A stretch of DNA of 64,000 nt from Caulobacteraceae bacterium. Lineage in GTDB: Bacteria; Pseudomonadota; Alphaproteobacteria; Caulobacterales; Caulobacteraceae. Shown in pieces: positions 10,796 through 21,442 of the stretch. A program made the position numbers and the translations under genes. The DNA lies in the NCBI GenBank assembly GCA_037201645.1, contig JBBCHF010000019.1, positions 4,312 through 68,311 of the forward strand. The letters run 5' to 3'. The first letter of the stretch is position 1, and the number at the start of each line of letters is the position of its first letter. The notes beneath the pieces are model-generated. The model ran no database searches. It was not told the DNA's origin and saw only the letters and a list, made by a program, of their open reading frames with translations.

Positions 10796-11773
10796 ATGCA
10801 AGGACTGGTGACGGTGTTCGGCGGGTCCGGCTTCATCGGCCGGCAGGTGGTGCGCAGCCTCGCCAAGAACGGCCTGCGCGTCCGCGTCGCCTGCCGCGCC
10901 CCCAACCACGCGCCCGAGCTGCGGATGCTCGGCGAGGTCGGCCAGATCGAGGTGATGCAGGCCAACCTGCGCATGCCCGCCTCCGTCGGCCGGGCGCTCG
11001 ACGGGGCCGAGGCCTGCGTCAACCTGGTCGGCGTGCTGTTCGAACAGGGCCGCCAGCGCTTCCAGAGCCTGCACGCCCAGGGCGCCCGCGTGGTGGCCGA
11101 AGCCGCGGCGGCCCGCGGGATCACGCGCCTGGTGCAGATGTCGGCGCTCGGCGCGGACGCCGAGTCCCCCTCGAAGTACGCCCGCACCAAGGCGATGGGG
11201 GAGGCCGCGGCGCGCGAGGCCGTGCCCCAGGCGGTGGTGGTCCGCCCCTCGGTGGTGTTCGGCCAGGAGGACGACTTTCTCAATCGCTTCGGCGCCATGG
11301 CCGCGAGCGCGCCGTTCCTGCCCCTGCCGGGCGGCGGCCACACCCGCTTCCAGCCGGTGTTCGTCGGCGACGTGGCGGCGGCGATCGCGGCCTGCCTGGT
11401 CGACCCGGCCACGGCGGGCATGACCTACGAGCTCGGCGGCCCGGCCGTGTTCACCTTCCGCGAACTGATGGACTATGTGCTGGCCGAGACCCAGCGGAGC
11501 GCGGTCCTGGTCCCCCTGCCCTGGCCGGTCGCCGGCCTGATCGGCGCGGCGGGAGATTTCGCCGCCGGCTTCCTGCCCATCAAGCCGCCCCTGACGGCCG
11601 ACCAGGTGGAGCTTCTGAAGACCGACAACGTCTGCAGCCCGGGCGCGCCGGGCCTGGCCGCGCTCGGCGTGCGGCCGACGGCGCTGGAGGCGATAGCCCC
11701 CACCTACCTCTACCGCTACCGCAAGGGCGGCCAGTTCGCCGACGCCCCGATGGTGTCCGGCTCGGGGGCCTAG
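10796..11773 (+). CDS. NAD(P)H-binding NDUFA9-like / NAD-dependent epimerase family protein
   Basis: Intact ORF: 'MQGLVTVFGGSGFIGRQVVRSLAKNGLRVRVACR...SKYARTKAMGEAA...VRPSVVFGQEDDFLNRF'. Confidence 0.8.
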   Translation: MQGLVTVFGGSGFIGRQVVRSLAKNGLRVRVACRAPNHAPELRMLGEVGQIEVMQANLRMPASVGRALDGAEACVNLVGVLFEQGRQRFQSLHAQGARVVAEAAAARGITRLVQMSALGADAESPSKYARTKAMGEAAAREAVPQAVVVRPSVVFGQEDDFLNRFGAMAASAPFLPLPGGGHTRFQPVFVGDVAAAIAACLVDPATAGMTYELGGPAVFTFRELMDYVLAETQRSAVLVPLPWPVAGLIGAAGDFAAGFLPIKPPLTADQVELLKTDNVCSPGAPGLAALGVRPTALEAIAPTYLYRYRKGGQFADAPMVSGSGA

Positions 11774-11783
11774 CGGCCGGCGC

Positions 11784-12907
11784 CTACTCCCGCCCCTCGC
11801 GGCCCGGCGAGAAGGCGCCGCCGCCGGTCTGGGCGCGGTGCCTCAGCATCGCGTCGGCCAGGACGCAGGCGGTCATCGCCTCCACCACCGGGGCGGCGCG
11901 GATGGCGACGCAGGGGTCGTGGCGGCCGGTGGTCTTCAGGTCGATCTCCGCGCCGGCCTCGTTCACCGAGCGGCGCGGCGTCGGGATCGATGAGGTCGGC
12001 TTGAACGCCACGCGCGCGACCACCGTCTGGCCCGTGGAGATCCCGCCGAGGACGCCGCCGGCGTGGTTGGACAGGAACGTCGGCCCGGAATTGCCCATCC
12101 GCATCTCGTCGGCGTTGTCCTCGCCGCGCAGCTCGGCGGCCGCGAAGCCCTCGCCGATCTCCACCCCCTTGGCGGCGTTGATCGACATCAGGGCCGAGGC
12201 CAGCTCCGCATCCAGCTTGCCGTAGAGCGGCGAGCCCCAGCCGGCCGGGACGCCCTCGGCGTGGACCTCCACCACCGCGCCCACCGACGACAGGTCCTTG
12301 CGCACCTCATCGAGATAGGCCTCCCAGCGGGCGGCGGCCTCGGCCTCCGGACACCAGAACGGTTGCGCGTCGTCTCGTCCCAGTCCCAGCGGTCGCGGTC
12401 GATGGCGATACGGCCGATCTTCACCAGGGCGGCGCGGATGCGCACGCCCTCGCCCAGCACCTTGCGCGCCACCGCGCCCGCCGCCACCCGCGCCGCGGTC
12501 TCGCGCGCCGAGGAGCGGCCGCCGCCGCGATAGTCGCGCACGCCGTACTTGGCGAAATAGGCGTAGTCGGCGTGGCCCGGCCGGAAGGCGCTCGCGATGT
12601 CGGAATAGTCGCGCGAACGCTGGTCGACGTTCTCGATCATCAGCGAGATCGGGGTCCCGGTGGTGACAGGCCCGCCGGTCCGCTCGTCGCCGAACACGCC
12701 GGAGAGGATGCGCACCGCGTCCGGCTCGCGCCGCTGGGTCACGAAGCGGCTGGTCCCGGGCTTCCTGAGGTCCAGCCACCGCTGGATGTCGGCCTCGGTC
12801 AGCGGCAGGCCGGGCGGGCAGCCGTCGACCACGCAGCCGAGCGCCGGCCCATGGCTCTCACCCCAGGTGGTGACGCGGAAGAGGTGGCCGAAGGTGTTGT
12901 GCGACAT
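11784..12907 (-). CDS. aroC: Chorismate synthase, one frame disruption (~12365)
   Basis: '[36 protein letters not shown]...[37 protein letters not shown]', then '[14 protein letters not shown]...[15 protein letters not shown]...[20 protein letters not shown]'. Confidence 0.9.
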
Positions 12908-12963
12908 GGCCCGCGGCTTCTAACGCGAAGCTCGGCCGCCCACAAACCTCGGCCGGCCGCGGC

Positions 12964-13698
12964 TCAGGCGGCCCAGCGGGCGGCGAACCGGCGCAGCCTC
13001 GCGCGGGCGTCGGCGTCCTCGGCCAGGGACGCGGCCCGGACCAGGGTCAGGATCAGGTCGCCGGCCGGATGGCGGCCGCGCGCGGGCAAGCCCTCGCCGC
13101 GGATGCGCACGACCCCGCCGTCCTGCATCCCCTCCGGGCAGACCCAGGGCGCGGGGCCGCGCGGGGTGTCGATCTGGAGCCGTTCGCCGGCGCGCAGCGA
13201 GCCGGCCGGCGCCTCCTGTTCGATGCAGAGGTCGTGGCCGCGCACCGTCAGCCCGGCCTCGGCGACGACGGCGACGCTCAGGCGCACCGGCGCGTCGCCG
13301 GCCTGGCCCGCCTTCAGCCCCGCCAGCATCTCGCCATGCCGCAGGCCAGGCGGCAGGCGCAGGACCACCACGCGGCCATCGCCGACGTCCAGCCGCCGCT
13401 CGCCGCCGAGCAGCGCCTCGGCGACGGTGATCGGCATCCGCAGGGTCCGCGGCGCCGCGGCGCGCACGGCGGGGGTCATGACCAGGGGCGATTCGGCGAT
13501 CCGCTTCAGCAGGCGATGGGCGTCCACCACCTCGCGCAGCCGCTCGGCGTCGCCGCCGCGGTCCGGGTGGGCCGTCTTCACCGCCCGCCGATAGGCCTGG
13601 GCGAGGGCGGCGGCGTCCGCGCCCGCGGCCGCGCCCAGCACCTGGCGCGCGCGGCTGACGGTCATGGCTGTGGCGGGTCCCCTCATGCCCGCGACCAT
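12964..13698 (-). CDS. J-domain protein with DnaJ-C-like domain (CbpA-like); start may be 13665
   Basis: 'YRRAVKTAHPDRGGDAERLREVVDAHRLL' carries the HPD motif. The beta-rich C-terminal part includes 'VVVLRLPPGLRHGEML...GGVVRIRGEGLP'. Confidence 0.7.
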   Translation of the reverse strand: MVAGMRGPATAMTVSRARQVLGAAAGADAAALAQAYRRAVKTAHPDRGGDAERLREVVDAHRLLKRIAESPLVMTPAVRAAAPRTLRMPITVAEALLGGERRLDVGDGRVVVLRLPPGLRHGEMLAGLKAGQAGDAPVRLSVAVVAEAGLTVRGHDLCIEQEAPAGSLRAGERLQIDTPRGPAPWVCPEGMQDGGVVRIRGEGLPARGRHPAGDLILTLVRAASLAEDADARARLRRFAARWAA

Positions 13699-13752
13699 GA
13701 CAAGACATGGTCAATGCGCCGTTAAGCCGGAAGCCGCGCTATATAGCCCGCC

Positions 13753-14419
13753 ATGACCAGACCGCCCCTGATCCCCCCCTCGCCGAGCGAGGCCGAGCAC
13801 CAGGCCCACGACGCCAACGCCGAGCCCTTGCCGGCCGAGGGCGACCCGATGGACATCTTCGTGCACTGGCTGGAGGCGGCGGGCCGCAGCGAGCTCTCCG
13901 ACCCCAACGCCATGACCGTGGCCACCGTCGACGCCGACGGCATGCCCGACGGCGCGCACCGTGCTGCTGAAGGGGATCGATGAGGGCGGCTTCGTCTTCT
14001 ACACCAACCTCGACAGCGCCAAGGGCCGCCAGTTGGCGGCCCATCCGCGCGCGTGCCTCTTGTTCCACTGGAAGTCCCTGCGCCGGCAGGTGCGGGTGCG
14101 CGGCGGCGTGCGCCAGGTGACCGACGCGGAGGCGGACGCCTATTTCGCCACCCGCGCCCGCTCCAGCCAGATCGGCGCCTGGGCCTCGCGCCAGTCCCGG
14201 CCGATGGAGGGCCCGATGGCGCTGGAGAAGGCGGTGGCCGAGTACGGCGTCAGGTTCGGCCTCGGCGCCGTGCCGCGCCCGCCCGGCTGGTCGGGGTTCC
14301 GCGTCGAGCCGGTGTCGATCGAGTTCTGGCGCGCGCGCCGCTTCCGCCTGCACGAGCGCATCCTGTTCTCGCGGCCCGCGCCGGACGCGGCCTGGAGCAC
14401 GGCGCGGCTCTATCCCTGA
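13753..14419 (+). CDS. pdxH: Pyridoxamine 5'-phosphate oxidase, one frame disruption (~13955)
   Basis: '[35 protein letters not shown]', then '[47 protein letters not shown]...[20 protein letters not shown]...[17 protein letters not shown]'. Confidence 0.85.
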
Positions 14420-14499
14420 CCGCCGGCGGCGGGCGCCGCATTGCCGCCCAACCGGCGCGGCCGTAGTCTTGCAGAGGGCTCCGCGGGAGTCTCAATGCG

Positions 14500-16157
14500 A
14501 TGCAATCTTCCATGCAGACCTGGCGGCTGACCGTCGATCGGATCCTCGATCACGCGGCCGCCGTGCGCCCGCGGACCGAGGTCGTGACCGCCGGGACGGG
14601 CGCGCGCATGACCTACGCCCAGCTCCATGTGCGGGCCCAGCGGCTGGCGTCGGCCCTGGCGGGCCTCGGCGTGCGGCCGGGCGACCGGGTCGCCGTGGCC
14701 GGGGCGGGGGACGCGCGGCAGCTGGAGGCCTGGTACGCCGTCACCGGCCTCGGCGCCGTCTGCCATCCGGTCAATCCGCGCCTGCCGCCCGAGCGGCTGG
14801 CCGCCCTGCTGAACGTCGGCGGCGCGCGGGTGCTGTTCGCCGACCCCGCCTTCCTCGCCGCCGTCGAGCCGGCCCTGCGCCAGGCGCCGGCGATCGAGCA
14901 GGTGGTGCTGATGGGCCCGGAGGCCCGCATCCTCGACGGCGCGGTCAGCCGCGTGACGGCCCAGGACGTGCTGGTCGAGCGCGGCGGGCGCGAGGCCGCC
15001 TGGGGCGGCGCGGCCGAGACCGATCCGGCCGTGCTGGTCCACACCGTCGGCGTCGCCGGCGAGCCCAAGGCGGTGCTGTGGTCGCACCGCGCCTGCGTGC
15101 TGCAGGCGCTGATCGCGGGCCGCCGCGAGGGCCTGTCGCTGTCGGCCGAGGACGTGGTCCTGCCGCTGATCCCGTTCTGGCGAGCGGGCGCCTGGGGCGC
15201 GGTGTTCTCCGCTCCCATGGCCGGAGCGCGGCTGGTGCTGCCGGCCATGGCCGACATCGGCGCCCTGCACGAGCTGATCGACCAGGAGGGCGTGACCCTG
15301 CTGATCGCCTCGCCGACCCACCTGCAGGGCCTGCTGGACCTGACGCGAGGCCGCCGGCCGCGCGCCCTGACCCGCGCCGTGGCGGCGGGCGCGGCCTGCC
15401 CGCCGGCCCTGGCCGCCGGCTGGTCGGCCCTGGGCGTCAAGGTGCTGTCCGCCTGGGGCATGGCCGAGACCACGGCGCTCGGCCCGATGTTCGATCCCGC
15501 AGCCGCCGAGCTGCACGCGCCGTTCGGCCTGGAGCTGGAGGTCGTGGACGGCGACGGCCGCTCCGCCCCGCGCGACGGCGCGGCGGTCGGCCATCTGCGC
15601 GCACGCGGACCGACGGTGGCCGCGGCCTATTTCCCCGACGGGGCGTCGGCGCTCGACGTCTCCGGCTTCCTCGACACCGGCGACCTGGCCACGGCCGACG
15701 CCGAGGGCGGCGTGCGCCTGCGCGGGCCGGGCCGACGACACGCTCCAGGCCGGCGGCGCCCTGGTCTGCGCCCAGGCCATCGAGGCGGCGGCGCTGGAGC
15801 ATCCGGCCACCCTGGAGGCGGCGGTGGTCGAGGCGCCGGAGAACCTCGGACGCGGGCCGCTGCTGATCGTCCGCCGCCGGGCGGGCGCGACGGCCGGCAA
15901 GGCGGACTACCTGCGCCACCTGCGCGAGCGCCTGGGCCCCCGCGGCCCCCGCCGACGTGCTGTTCGCCGACGGCCTGCCGCGCGACGCCGCCGGCCGCGT
16001 GCACAAGCCCACCCTGCGCGAGCGCCTCGCCGGCCTGAACCTGCCCGCCGCGCCGCAGCCGGCCGAGATGGCCCCCGCGCCCGCGGCGCTCCCCGTCGCC
16101 GCCGCGAGCGTCGCCGCGGCCCGCTCTCGGCGCCCCTGTCCTCTACCAGCCCCCTGA
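14500..16157 (+). CDS. AMP-dependent synthetase/ligase (acyl-CoA ligase family), frame-disrupted 3' part; end uncertain
   Basis: 'VHTVGVAGEPKAVLWSH' (AMP-binding motif variant), 'AWGMAETTALG', 'GFLDTGDLATADAEGGVRL', then in other frames 'LEHPATLEAAVVEAPENLGRGPLLIV' and 'DGLPRDAAGRVHKPTLRERL'. Confidence 0.75.
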
Positions 16158-16185
16158 ACCGGAGCCCGAAGCGGCCGCGGAGCCA

Positions 16186-17814
16186 GTGGAGGCGACGCCG
16201 ACCCCAGAAGAACCCGTCGAAGCCGAGCCGGCTGTGGTCGAGGCCGAGCCGATAGTCACGGAGCCTGCCGCCGAAGCGGCGTCCGAAGAGTCGCCGCCGC
16301 CCGCGCCGAAGCCGGCGAACGACGCGGCGCCAGCGGTCTCCGCGCCACACCTGGCCGCCGTCGAAGCTGCGGTCGCCGCCGGGCTGTTCGGCGGCATGAT
16401 CACAGCCGCCAGCAGCCACGCCGAACCTGAAGCCGCTATCCAATCGGAACCCGAGCCCGCCGTCCCCGCTGAAGCCGGGCCGGCGCCCGAACCGATCCCG
16501 GTCGAAACCGCGCCGGATGCGGCGCCGACCGCGGAGGCCGAATCCGCAGCGCCCGAGGCCGAGTCCGCCGCGCCTGAGGCTGAGCCGGAAACGGTCGAGA
16601 CGGCTGAACTGACTGAGGCTGAACCGGCGGACGCGGGCGTCGAAGCCTCGACCGATGCCGCCGGATTTGAGACCGGGCCTGAAGTCGCCCCCCCGTCCGA
16701 AGCTGGAGCGGCGTCGGTGGAAGCCGCCCCTGAGGGCGGCGAGCCTGTAGCCGCTGCGTCCGAGACCGAGGCGGAGACTGACGCCGCCGCCGTGGCGATG
16801 GCGGCCGATTCTGAGCCGGCCCCCTCCGACGAGGCCGAGCCCGTCGCGAAAGCGTCCGAGGGACTGGAGGGTGCGACCGCGGTGGAAGCCCCGCTCGTCA
16901 TCCATACGGCCGATGCCGCTCCGCCCGTCCTGGAGGGCGGCCTGTTCGGGCCGCTGCCGACGCGGGAGCCGGGGCGGCCGAAGCGGCGGACGGTCATCGC
17001 CAAGCGCGGGCGCGCGGGGGGCGTGCGGCGCAAGCCGCCGTTCCTGGCCCGCGCGGTCCTGGCCCTGACCACCGCCATCGCCCTGTCGCCGGTGCTGCTG
17101 GTGATCGTGGGCGCAATCCTGGTCCGCACGGGCCAGATCGACTGGCGCGTCGGCCTGGGCGAGCTGATGCTGGCCTGGCCCTACAAGATCGCCATGGTCG
17201 GGGTGGCCACCGGCATCCTCGGGGTGTTCGCGGCCCTGCTCGGCGGCTTCGGCCGGCTGCGCGGCCCGGCCCTGATCAGCCTGCTGCTGCCGCTGGCCGT
17301 GATGGGCGCGTTCCTGGGCGTGCGCGCCTGGGCGGGGGCCTATCCGCCGATCCACGACGTCGCCACCGACTGGACCGACCCGATCGCCTTCAGCCCCGCC
17401 CTGCTGCGCGCCCGCGGGCCGCAGGCGGCGCCGGTCGAGCCCAATCCGATCGTGCCGGAGGAGGCGGGGACCTACATCAACCGCCCGGTGTCGGAGGTGA
17501 ACGCCGACACCTGCCCCGGCGCGCGGCCGGCGCGGCTGCGCATGAGCCCGCAACTGGCCTTCCAGCGCGCGCGCCAGGCGGTGCTCGACGACGGCGCCGC
17601 GATGGCGGTCGACGATCCCGGCCGGGGCCGCTTCGAGGCCACCGCCACGGGCCTGCTGCTCGGCTTCAAGGACGACGTGGCCGTGCGGGTGCGGCCCGAC
17701 GCCGGCGGCGCCCGCGTGGACGTGCGCTCGGTCAGCCGCAACGCGGTGTCCACCGACCTCGGCGTCAACTGCGCCCGCGTGACCCGCATCGTCCGCGCCA
17801 TCCAGGGCGGCTGA
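16186..17814 (+). CDS. Membrane protein with C-terminal DUF1499 domain and ~270-aa acidic Ala/Pro/Glu-rich N-terminal region
   Basis: Single 542-aa ORF. The low-complexity N-terminus includes the tandem 'AESAAPEAESAAPEAEPE'. TM segments 'LALTTAIALSPVLLVIVGAILV' and 'IAMVGVATGILGVFAALLGGF'. The C-terminus 'FEATATGLLLGFKDDVAVRVRPDAGGARVDVRSVSRNAVSTDLGVNCARV' is DUF1499-like. Confidence 0.65.
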   Translation: MEATPTPEEPVEAEPAVVEAEPIVTEPAAEAASEESPPPAPKPANDAAPAVSAPHLAAVEAAVAAGLFGGMITAASSHAEPEAAIQSEPEPAVPAEAGPAPEPIPVETAPDAAPTAEAESAAPEAESAAPEAEPETVETAELTEAEPADAGVEASTDAAGFETGPEVAPPSEAGAASVEAAPEGGEPVAAASETEAETDAAAVAMAADSEPAPSDEAEPVAKASEGLEGATAVEAPLVIHTADAAPPVLEGGLFGPLPTREPGRPKRRTVIAKRGRAGGVRRKPPFLARAVLALTTAIALSPVLLVIVGAILVRTGQIDWRVGLGELMLAWPYKIAMVGVATGILGVFAALLGGFGRLRGPALISLLLPLAVMGAFLGVRAWAGAYPPIHDVATDWTDPIAFSPALLRARGPQAAPVEPNPIVPEEAGTYINRPVSEVNADTCPGARPARLRMSPQLAFQRARQAVLDDGAAMAVDDPGRGRFEATATGLLLGFKDDVAVRVRPDAGGARVDVRSVSRNAVSTDLGVNCARVTRIVRAIQGG

Positions 17815-17844
17815 GCCCGTCAGATAAGCTGACCCTAAACAACC

Positions 17845-17940
17845 GAGCGTCCCCGCGCAGGCGGGGACCCATGGGTTCGCGCCGGTGGAGCGATCAGGCG
17901 TCAGGCTGGATGGGCCCCCGCCTGCGCGGGGGCGATCGGA
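17845..17940. repeat. REP-like paired hairpins between convergent genes
   Basis: The hairpins 'ccccgcgcaggcgggg' and 'cccccgcctgcgcggggg' are in inverted orientation. They are related to the element at 57971-58090. Confidence 0.5.
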
Positions 17941-17964
17941 AGAAAGAGCGGTGCGGCGCGCTAT

Positions 17965-18853
17965 CTAGGCCAGGCGGTACTCGCTCTCGGGCCCCGGCTC
18001 GCCATTCGTGACGACCTCGCCCGTGCGGACGAGGCGGATCAGGTGGGCGAGCACCGAGTGCGCGGCGGCGGCGTGCAGGCGCGGGTCGACGTCGGCGTAG
18101 ATGACCGCGACCATCTCGGCGATCCGGCCGCGGCCGAGGGCGAGCTGCTCCAGGATCTGCCGCTCGCGGGCCAGGCGGTGCGCCTTGTAGGCGGCCAGGA
18201 ACGGCGCGACCTGCGTCACCGGCGGGCCGTGGGTGGGCCAGAGGGTCGAGAACCCCCGCGCCGCCACCCGGTCCAGGCTGTCGTAATAGGCGCCCATGTC
18301 GCCGTCCGGCGGGCTGACCACCGTGGTCGACCAGCCCATGACGTGGTCGCCGAGAGAAAAGGGCGTTCTCCTCCAGCAGGGCGTAGCAGACGTGGTTGGA
18401 GGCGTGGCCGGGCGTCAGCATAGCCTCCAGCGTCCAGCCCGGCCCGGCGATGCGCTGGCCGTCCGCGACGGCCTCGTCGGGGCGGAAGGCGTGGTCGTGG
18501 CCCTCGTCGAGCCGGACGGCGGCGTCGGGGCCCTGCGGCGCCGGCAGGCCGTAGATCCGCGCGCCGGTCGCCCGCGCCAGGGGCCCGGCCAGGGGCGAGT
18601 GGTCCCGGTGGGTGTGGGTGATCGCGATGGCCGCCACCCGCTCGCCCTGCACGGCGCCGAGGATGGCCCGCAGGTGCTCGGGCTGGTCGGGGCCGGGGTC
18701 GACCACCGCGACCTCGCCCGCCCCGACGATGTAGGTCCCTGTGCCGGTGAAGGTGAAGGGGCCGGGGTTTTCGGCCACCACGCGCCGGATCATCGGCGAG
18801 ACCCGGGCCGCCTCGCCGTAGCGGAACGCGAAGTCGCGGACGAACGGGATCAC
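17965..18853 (-). CDS. MBL-fold metallo-hydrolase with C-terminal winged-helix-like extension, one frame disruption (~18340)
   Basis: 'GTGTYIVGAGEVAVVDPGPD...AIAITHTHRDHSPLAG' (HxHxDH motif), 'TPGHASNHVCYAL', then ORF 17965..18339 'MGWSTTVVSPPDGDMGAYYDSLDRV...'. Confidence 0.8.
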
Positions 18854-19079
18854 GCCGGCGTCCTCGCGCGGCCCGGCCCTTGCGGATGCCGGCGGGCAAC
18901 AGAGGATGAGGGGGCCATCATGGCGATCGCGGCGGCCATATTCGTTTCAAAGCGGCTTCAGCGCGCGGCGGCGGCCCTTCTGTGTCTCACCCTGGCGCAG
19001 ATGACGATCACCCTGTCGAGCTGCCATCCGGAGGCCATCGCGCCGATGGCCGCGCGCGTGCACATCGGCCGCTGAGGCC

Positions 19080-19490
19080 TCACCCCCTGAGCGCGGCCGA
19101 GAGGTCGTAGCCGGCGCCGGCGCCGAGCTCGATCAGCTCCTGCGGCGAGCGCTTGCCGGCCATGGCCTCGCCGATCGACCAGGCGGTGATCGAGCGGGTG
19201 CCCGAGCGGCAGAAGGCCAGGACCGGCCCGCCCGCCTCGTCCGCGGCCTTGGCCGTGGCGGCGGCCTGCTCGGGCGTCGGGCGGCCGGCGAAGGGAATGT
19301 GGATGTAGCCGAGGCCCGCGGCGCGGGCGGCGGCCTCCATCTGCGCGCTCGTCGGCTGGTCCGGCGCCTCGCCGTCGGGGCGGTTGTTGATCAGCAGCTT
19401 GAAGCCCAGCCGAGCCGCCTCCGCCGCGTCGGATGGCGTGATCTGAGGCGCCACGGAGAAGTCGTCGGTCACCTTGCGGATGTCGGCCAA
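19080..19490 (-). CDS. TIGR01244/DUF442 family phosphatase-like protein (Blh N-domain-like)
   Basis: 'FSVAPQITPSDAAEAARLGFKLLINNRPDGEAPDQPTSAQMEAAARAAGLGYIHIPF...VLAFCRSGTRS' contains a CxxxxxR-type motif. Confidence 0.7.
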   Translation of the reverse strand: MADIRKVTDDFSVAPQITPSDAAEAARLGFKLLINNRPDGEAPDQPTSAQMEAAARAAGLGYIHIPFAGRPTPEQAAATAKAADEAGGPVLAFCRSGTRSITAWSIGEAMAGKRSPQELIELGAGAGYDLSAALRG

Positions 19491-19583
19491 GAGCGGCTCC
19501 TGCGGTCAATTCGGTTTCGTTGACAACATCGGACCTCGGTGAAACTTTCGCAACCGCGCCGCGTGGCGGGGCATGGAGTCCGA

Positions 19584-20520
19584 ATGCTGCGCTTCCTCCT
19601 CCGCCGCCTCCTGGTGATCGTGCCCACCCTGTTCCTGGTGGTGACGCTGGCCTTCTTCATGATGCGCGCCGCCCCCGGCAGCCCCTTCACCTCCGACCGC
19701 AAGCTGTCGCCGGAGATCGAGCGTAACGTCATGGCCAAGTACGGCATGAACCGGCCGCTGGCGGTGCAGTACGTGGCCTATCTCGAGGGCGTGGTGCGCG
19801 GCGATTTCGGCCCCTCGCTGAAATACAAGGACAAGACGGTCCTGGAGGTGATCAAGGAGGGCTTCCCCAAGAGCATCACCATCGGCCTGTCGGCCCTGGT
19901 CATCGCCTCGGTGTGCGGGGTGGTGCTGGGGGTGGTCGCGGCGCTGCGGCAGAACAAGGGGATCGACTACGCGGCCATGACCCTGGCGATCCTGGGCGTC
20001 TGCATCCCGACCTTCGTGACCGCGCCGCTGCTCGTGCTGCTCCTGGCCTCCAAGCTCGGCTGGCTGCCGACCGCGGGGTGGCCGAGCGAGGGGCAGGGCC
20101 TGGGCGGCATCCGCTATCTGGTGCTGCCGTGACGGTGCTGGCCCTGCCGCAGATCGCGATCATCTCGCGCCTGACCCGCGCCGGCATGATCGAGGTGCTG
20201 CGCTCCAACTATGTCCGCACCGCCCACGCCAAGGGCCTGCCCGAGCACACCATCGTCTTCAAGCACGCCCTGCGCGCCGCGATCCTGCCGCTGGTCAGCT
20301 ACCTCGGCCCGGCCTGCGCGGGGCTGATCACCGGCTCCCTGGTGGTCGAGCAGATCTTCCAGCTTCCGGCCTCGGCAAGTCCTTCGTGATCAGCGCCCTG
20401 CAGCGCGACTACACCGTGGTGATGGGGGTGGTGATCCTCTACGCCAGCCTGATCCTGCTGCTGAACCTGTTGGCCGACATCCTCTACGCCGCGCTCGATC
20501 CGCGGGTGCGGCTGTCGTGA
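19584..20520 (+). CDS. Oligopeptide/dipeptide ABC transporter permease (OppB/DppB-like), frame-disrupted
   Basis: 'MLRFLLRRLLVIVPTLFLVVTLAFFMMRAAPGSPF...' then 'SRLTRAGMIEVLRSNYVRTAHAKGLPEHTIVFKHALRAAILPLVSYLGPA' (EAA loop); the end 'LLADILYAALDPRVRLS' is read in a third frame. Confidence 0.85.
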
Positions 20521-21432
20521 GCGGCGCCATCACCCTGACGCCGGGCTCGCGGCGCGGCGCGCAGACCATGCAGACCGCCGCCCTGAAAGGCCGCAGCCTG
20601 TGGGACGACGCGGGCCGGCGGCTGCTGCGCAACAAGGCGGCCGTGGCCAGCATGATCGTGCTGGGCCTTCTGGTGGTCGCCGCCATCGTCGGGCCGTACC
20701 TGACGCCCTACACCTACGACGAGATCAACAAGAACGACGTCTGGGTCGGCCCCTTCACCGGCGCGCACCTGATCGGCACCGATTCCCTTGGGCGGGATCT
20801 TCTGGCCCGGCTGCTGATCGGCCTGCGCGTGTCGCTGGCCATCGGGGTGGTGGCGACCTTCGTCTCGCTGGTGATCGGCGTGGCCTGGGGCGCGACGGCC
20901 GGATACGTCGGCGGGCGCCTGGACGAGGCGATGATGCGCATCGTCGACATCCTCTATTCCCTGCCCTTCATCTTCTTCGTGATCCTCCTGATGGTCACCT
21001 TCGGGCGGAACTTCATCCTGATCTTCGTGGCCATCGGCGCGGTGGAGTGGCTGACCATGTCGCGGATCGTGCGCGGCCAGACCCTCTCCCTGAAGCAGAA
21101 GGAGTTCGTCGAGGCGGCGCGGGCGGCCGGTCTGTCGCCGGGGGCGATCATCCGCCGCCACATCGTGCCGAACCTGCTAGGCCCCGTGGTCGTCTATGTG
21201 ACCCTGACCATCCCGGCGGTGATCCTGGCGGAGAGCTTCCCTCTCGTTCCTGGGCCTCGGGGTGCAGGAGCCCCTGACCTCGCTCGGCGTGCTGATCTCC
21301 AACGGCGCGCAGAACATGGAGGTGGCGCCCTGGCTGATCATCTTCCCGTCCACGACCATGGTCGTGACCCTGATGTGCTTCAACTTCATCGGCGACGGCC
21401 TCAGGGACGCCATCGACCCCAAGGACCGGTGA
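20517..21432 (+). CDS. Oligopeptide/dipeptide ABC transporter permease (OppC/DppC-like), one frame disruption (~21240)
   Basis: 'LIGTDSLGRDLLARLLIGLRVSLAIGVVATFVS...RIVDILYSLPFIFFVILLM...SRIVRGQTLSLKQKEFVEAARAAGLSPGAIIRRHIVPNL'; the end 'NFIGDGLRDAIDPKDR' is in another frame. The GTG start overlaps the oppB-like stop. Confidence 0.85.
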
Positions 21433-21442
21433 CGGCGCGGCG

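Noticed and set aside
16186-17000. Repetitive GC-rich DNA that might be a CRISPR array or a VNTR.
   Set aside because: The repeats are short, imperfect and in frame within one long ORF (Ala/Pro/Glu codons). There is no repeat-spacer periodicity and no cas genes are present in the window.
15907-17553. Very long antisense ORFs, for example 15907..17553(-) at 548 aa, 44903..46837(-) at 644 aa, 59688..62156(-) at 822 aa and 36083..38047(-) at 654 aa.
   Set aside because: Their translations are Arg/Gly/Pro/Ala-rich with no recognisable domains. They lie opposite genes with clear homology. Such shadow ORFs are expected in very GC-rich DNA because stop codons are rare.
18920-19075. A 51-aa ORF 'MAIAAAIFVSKRLQRAAAALLCLTLAQMTITLSSCHPEAIAPMAARVHIGR' between the MBL and DUF442 genes.
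   Set aside because: It is short, has no recognisable homology or clear ribosome-binding site, and could be chance in GC-rich DNA. The support is insufficient.
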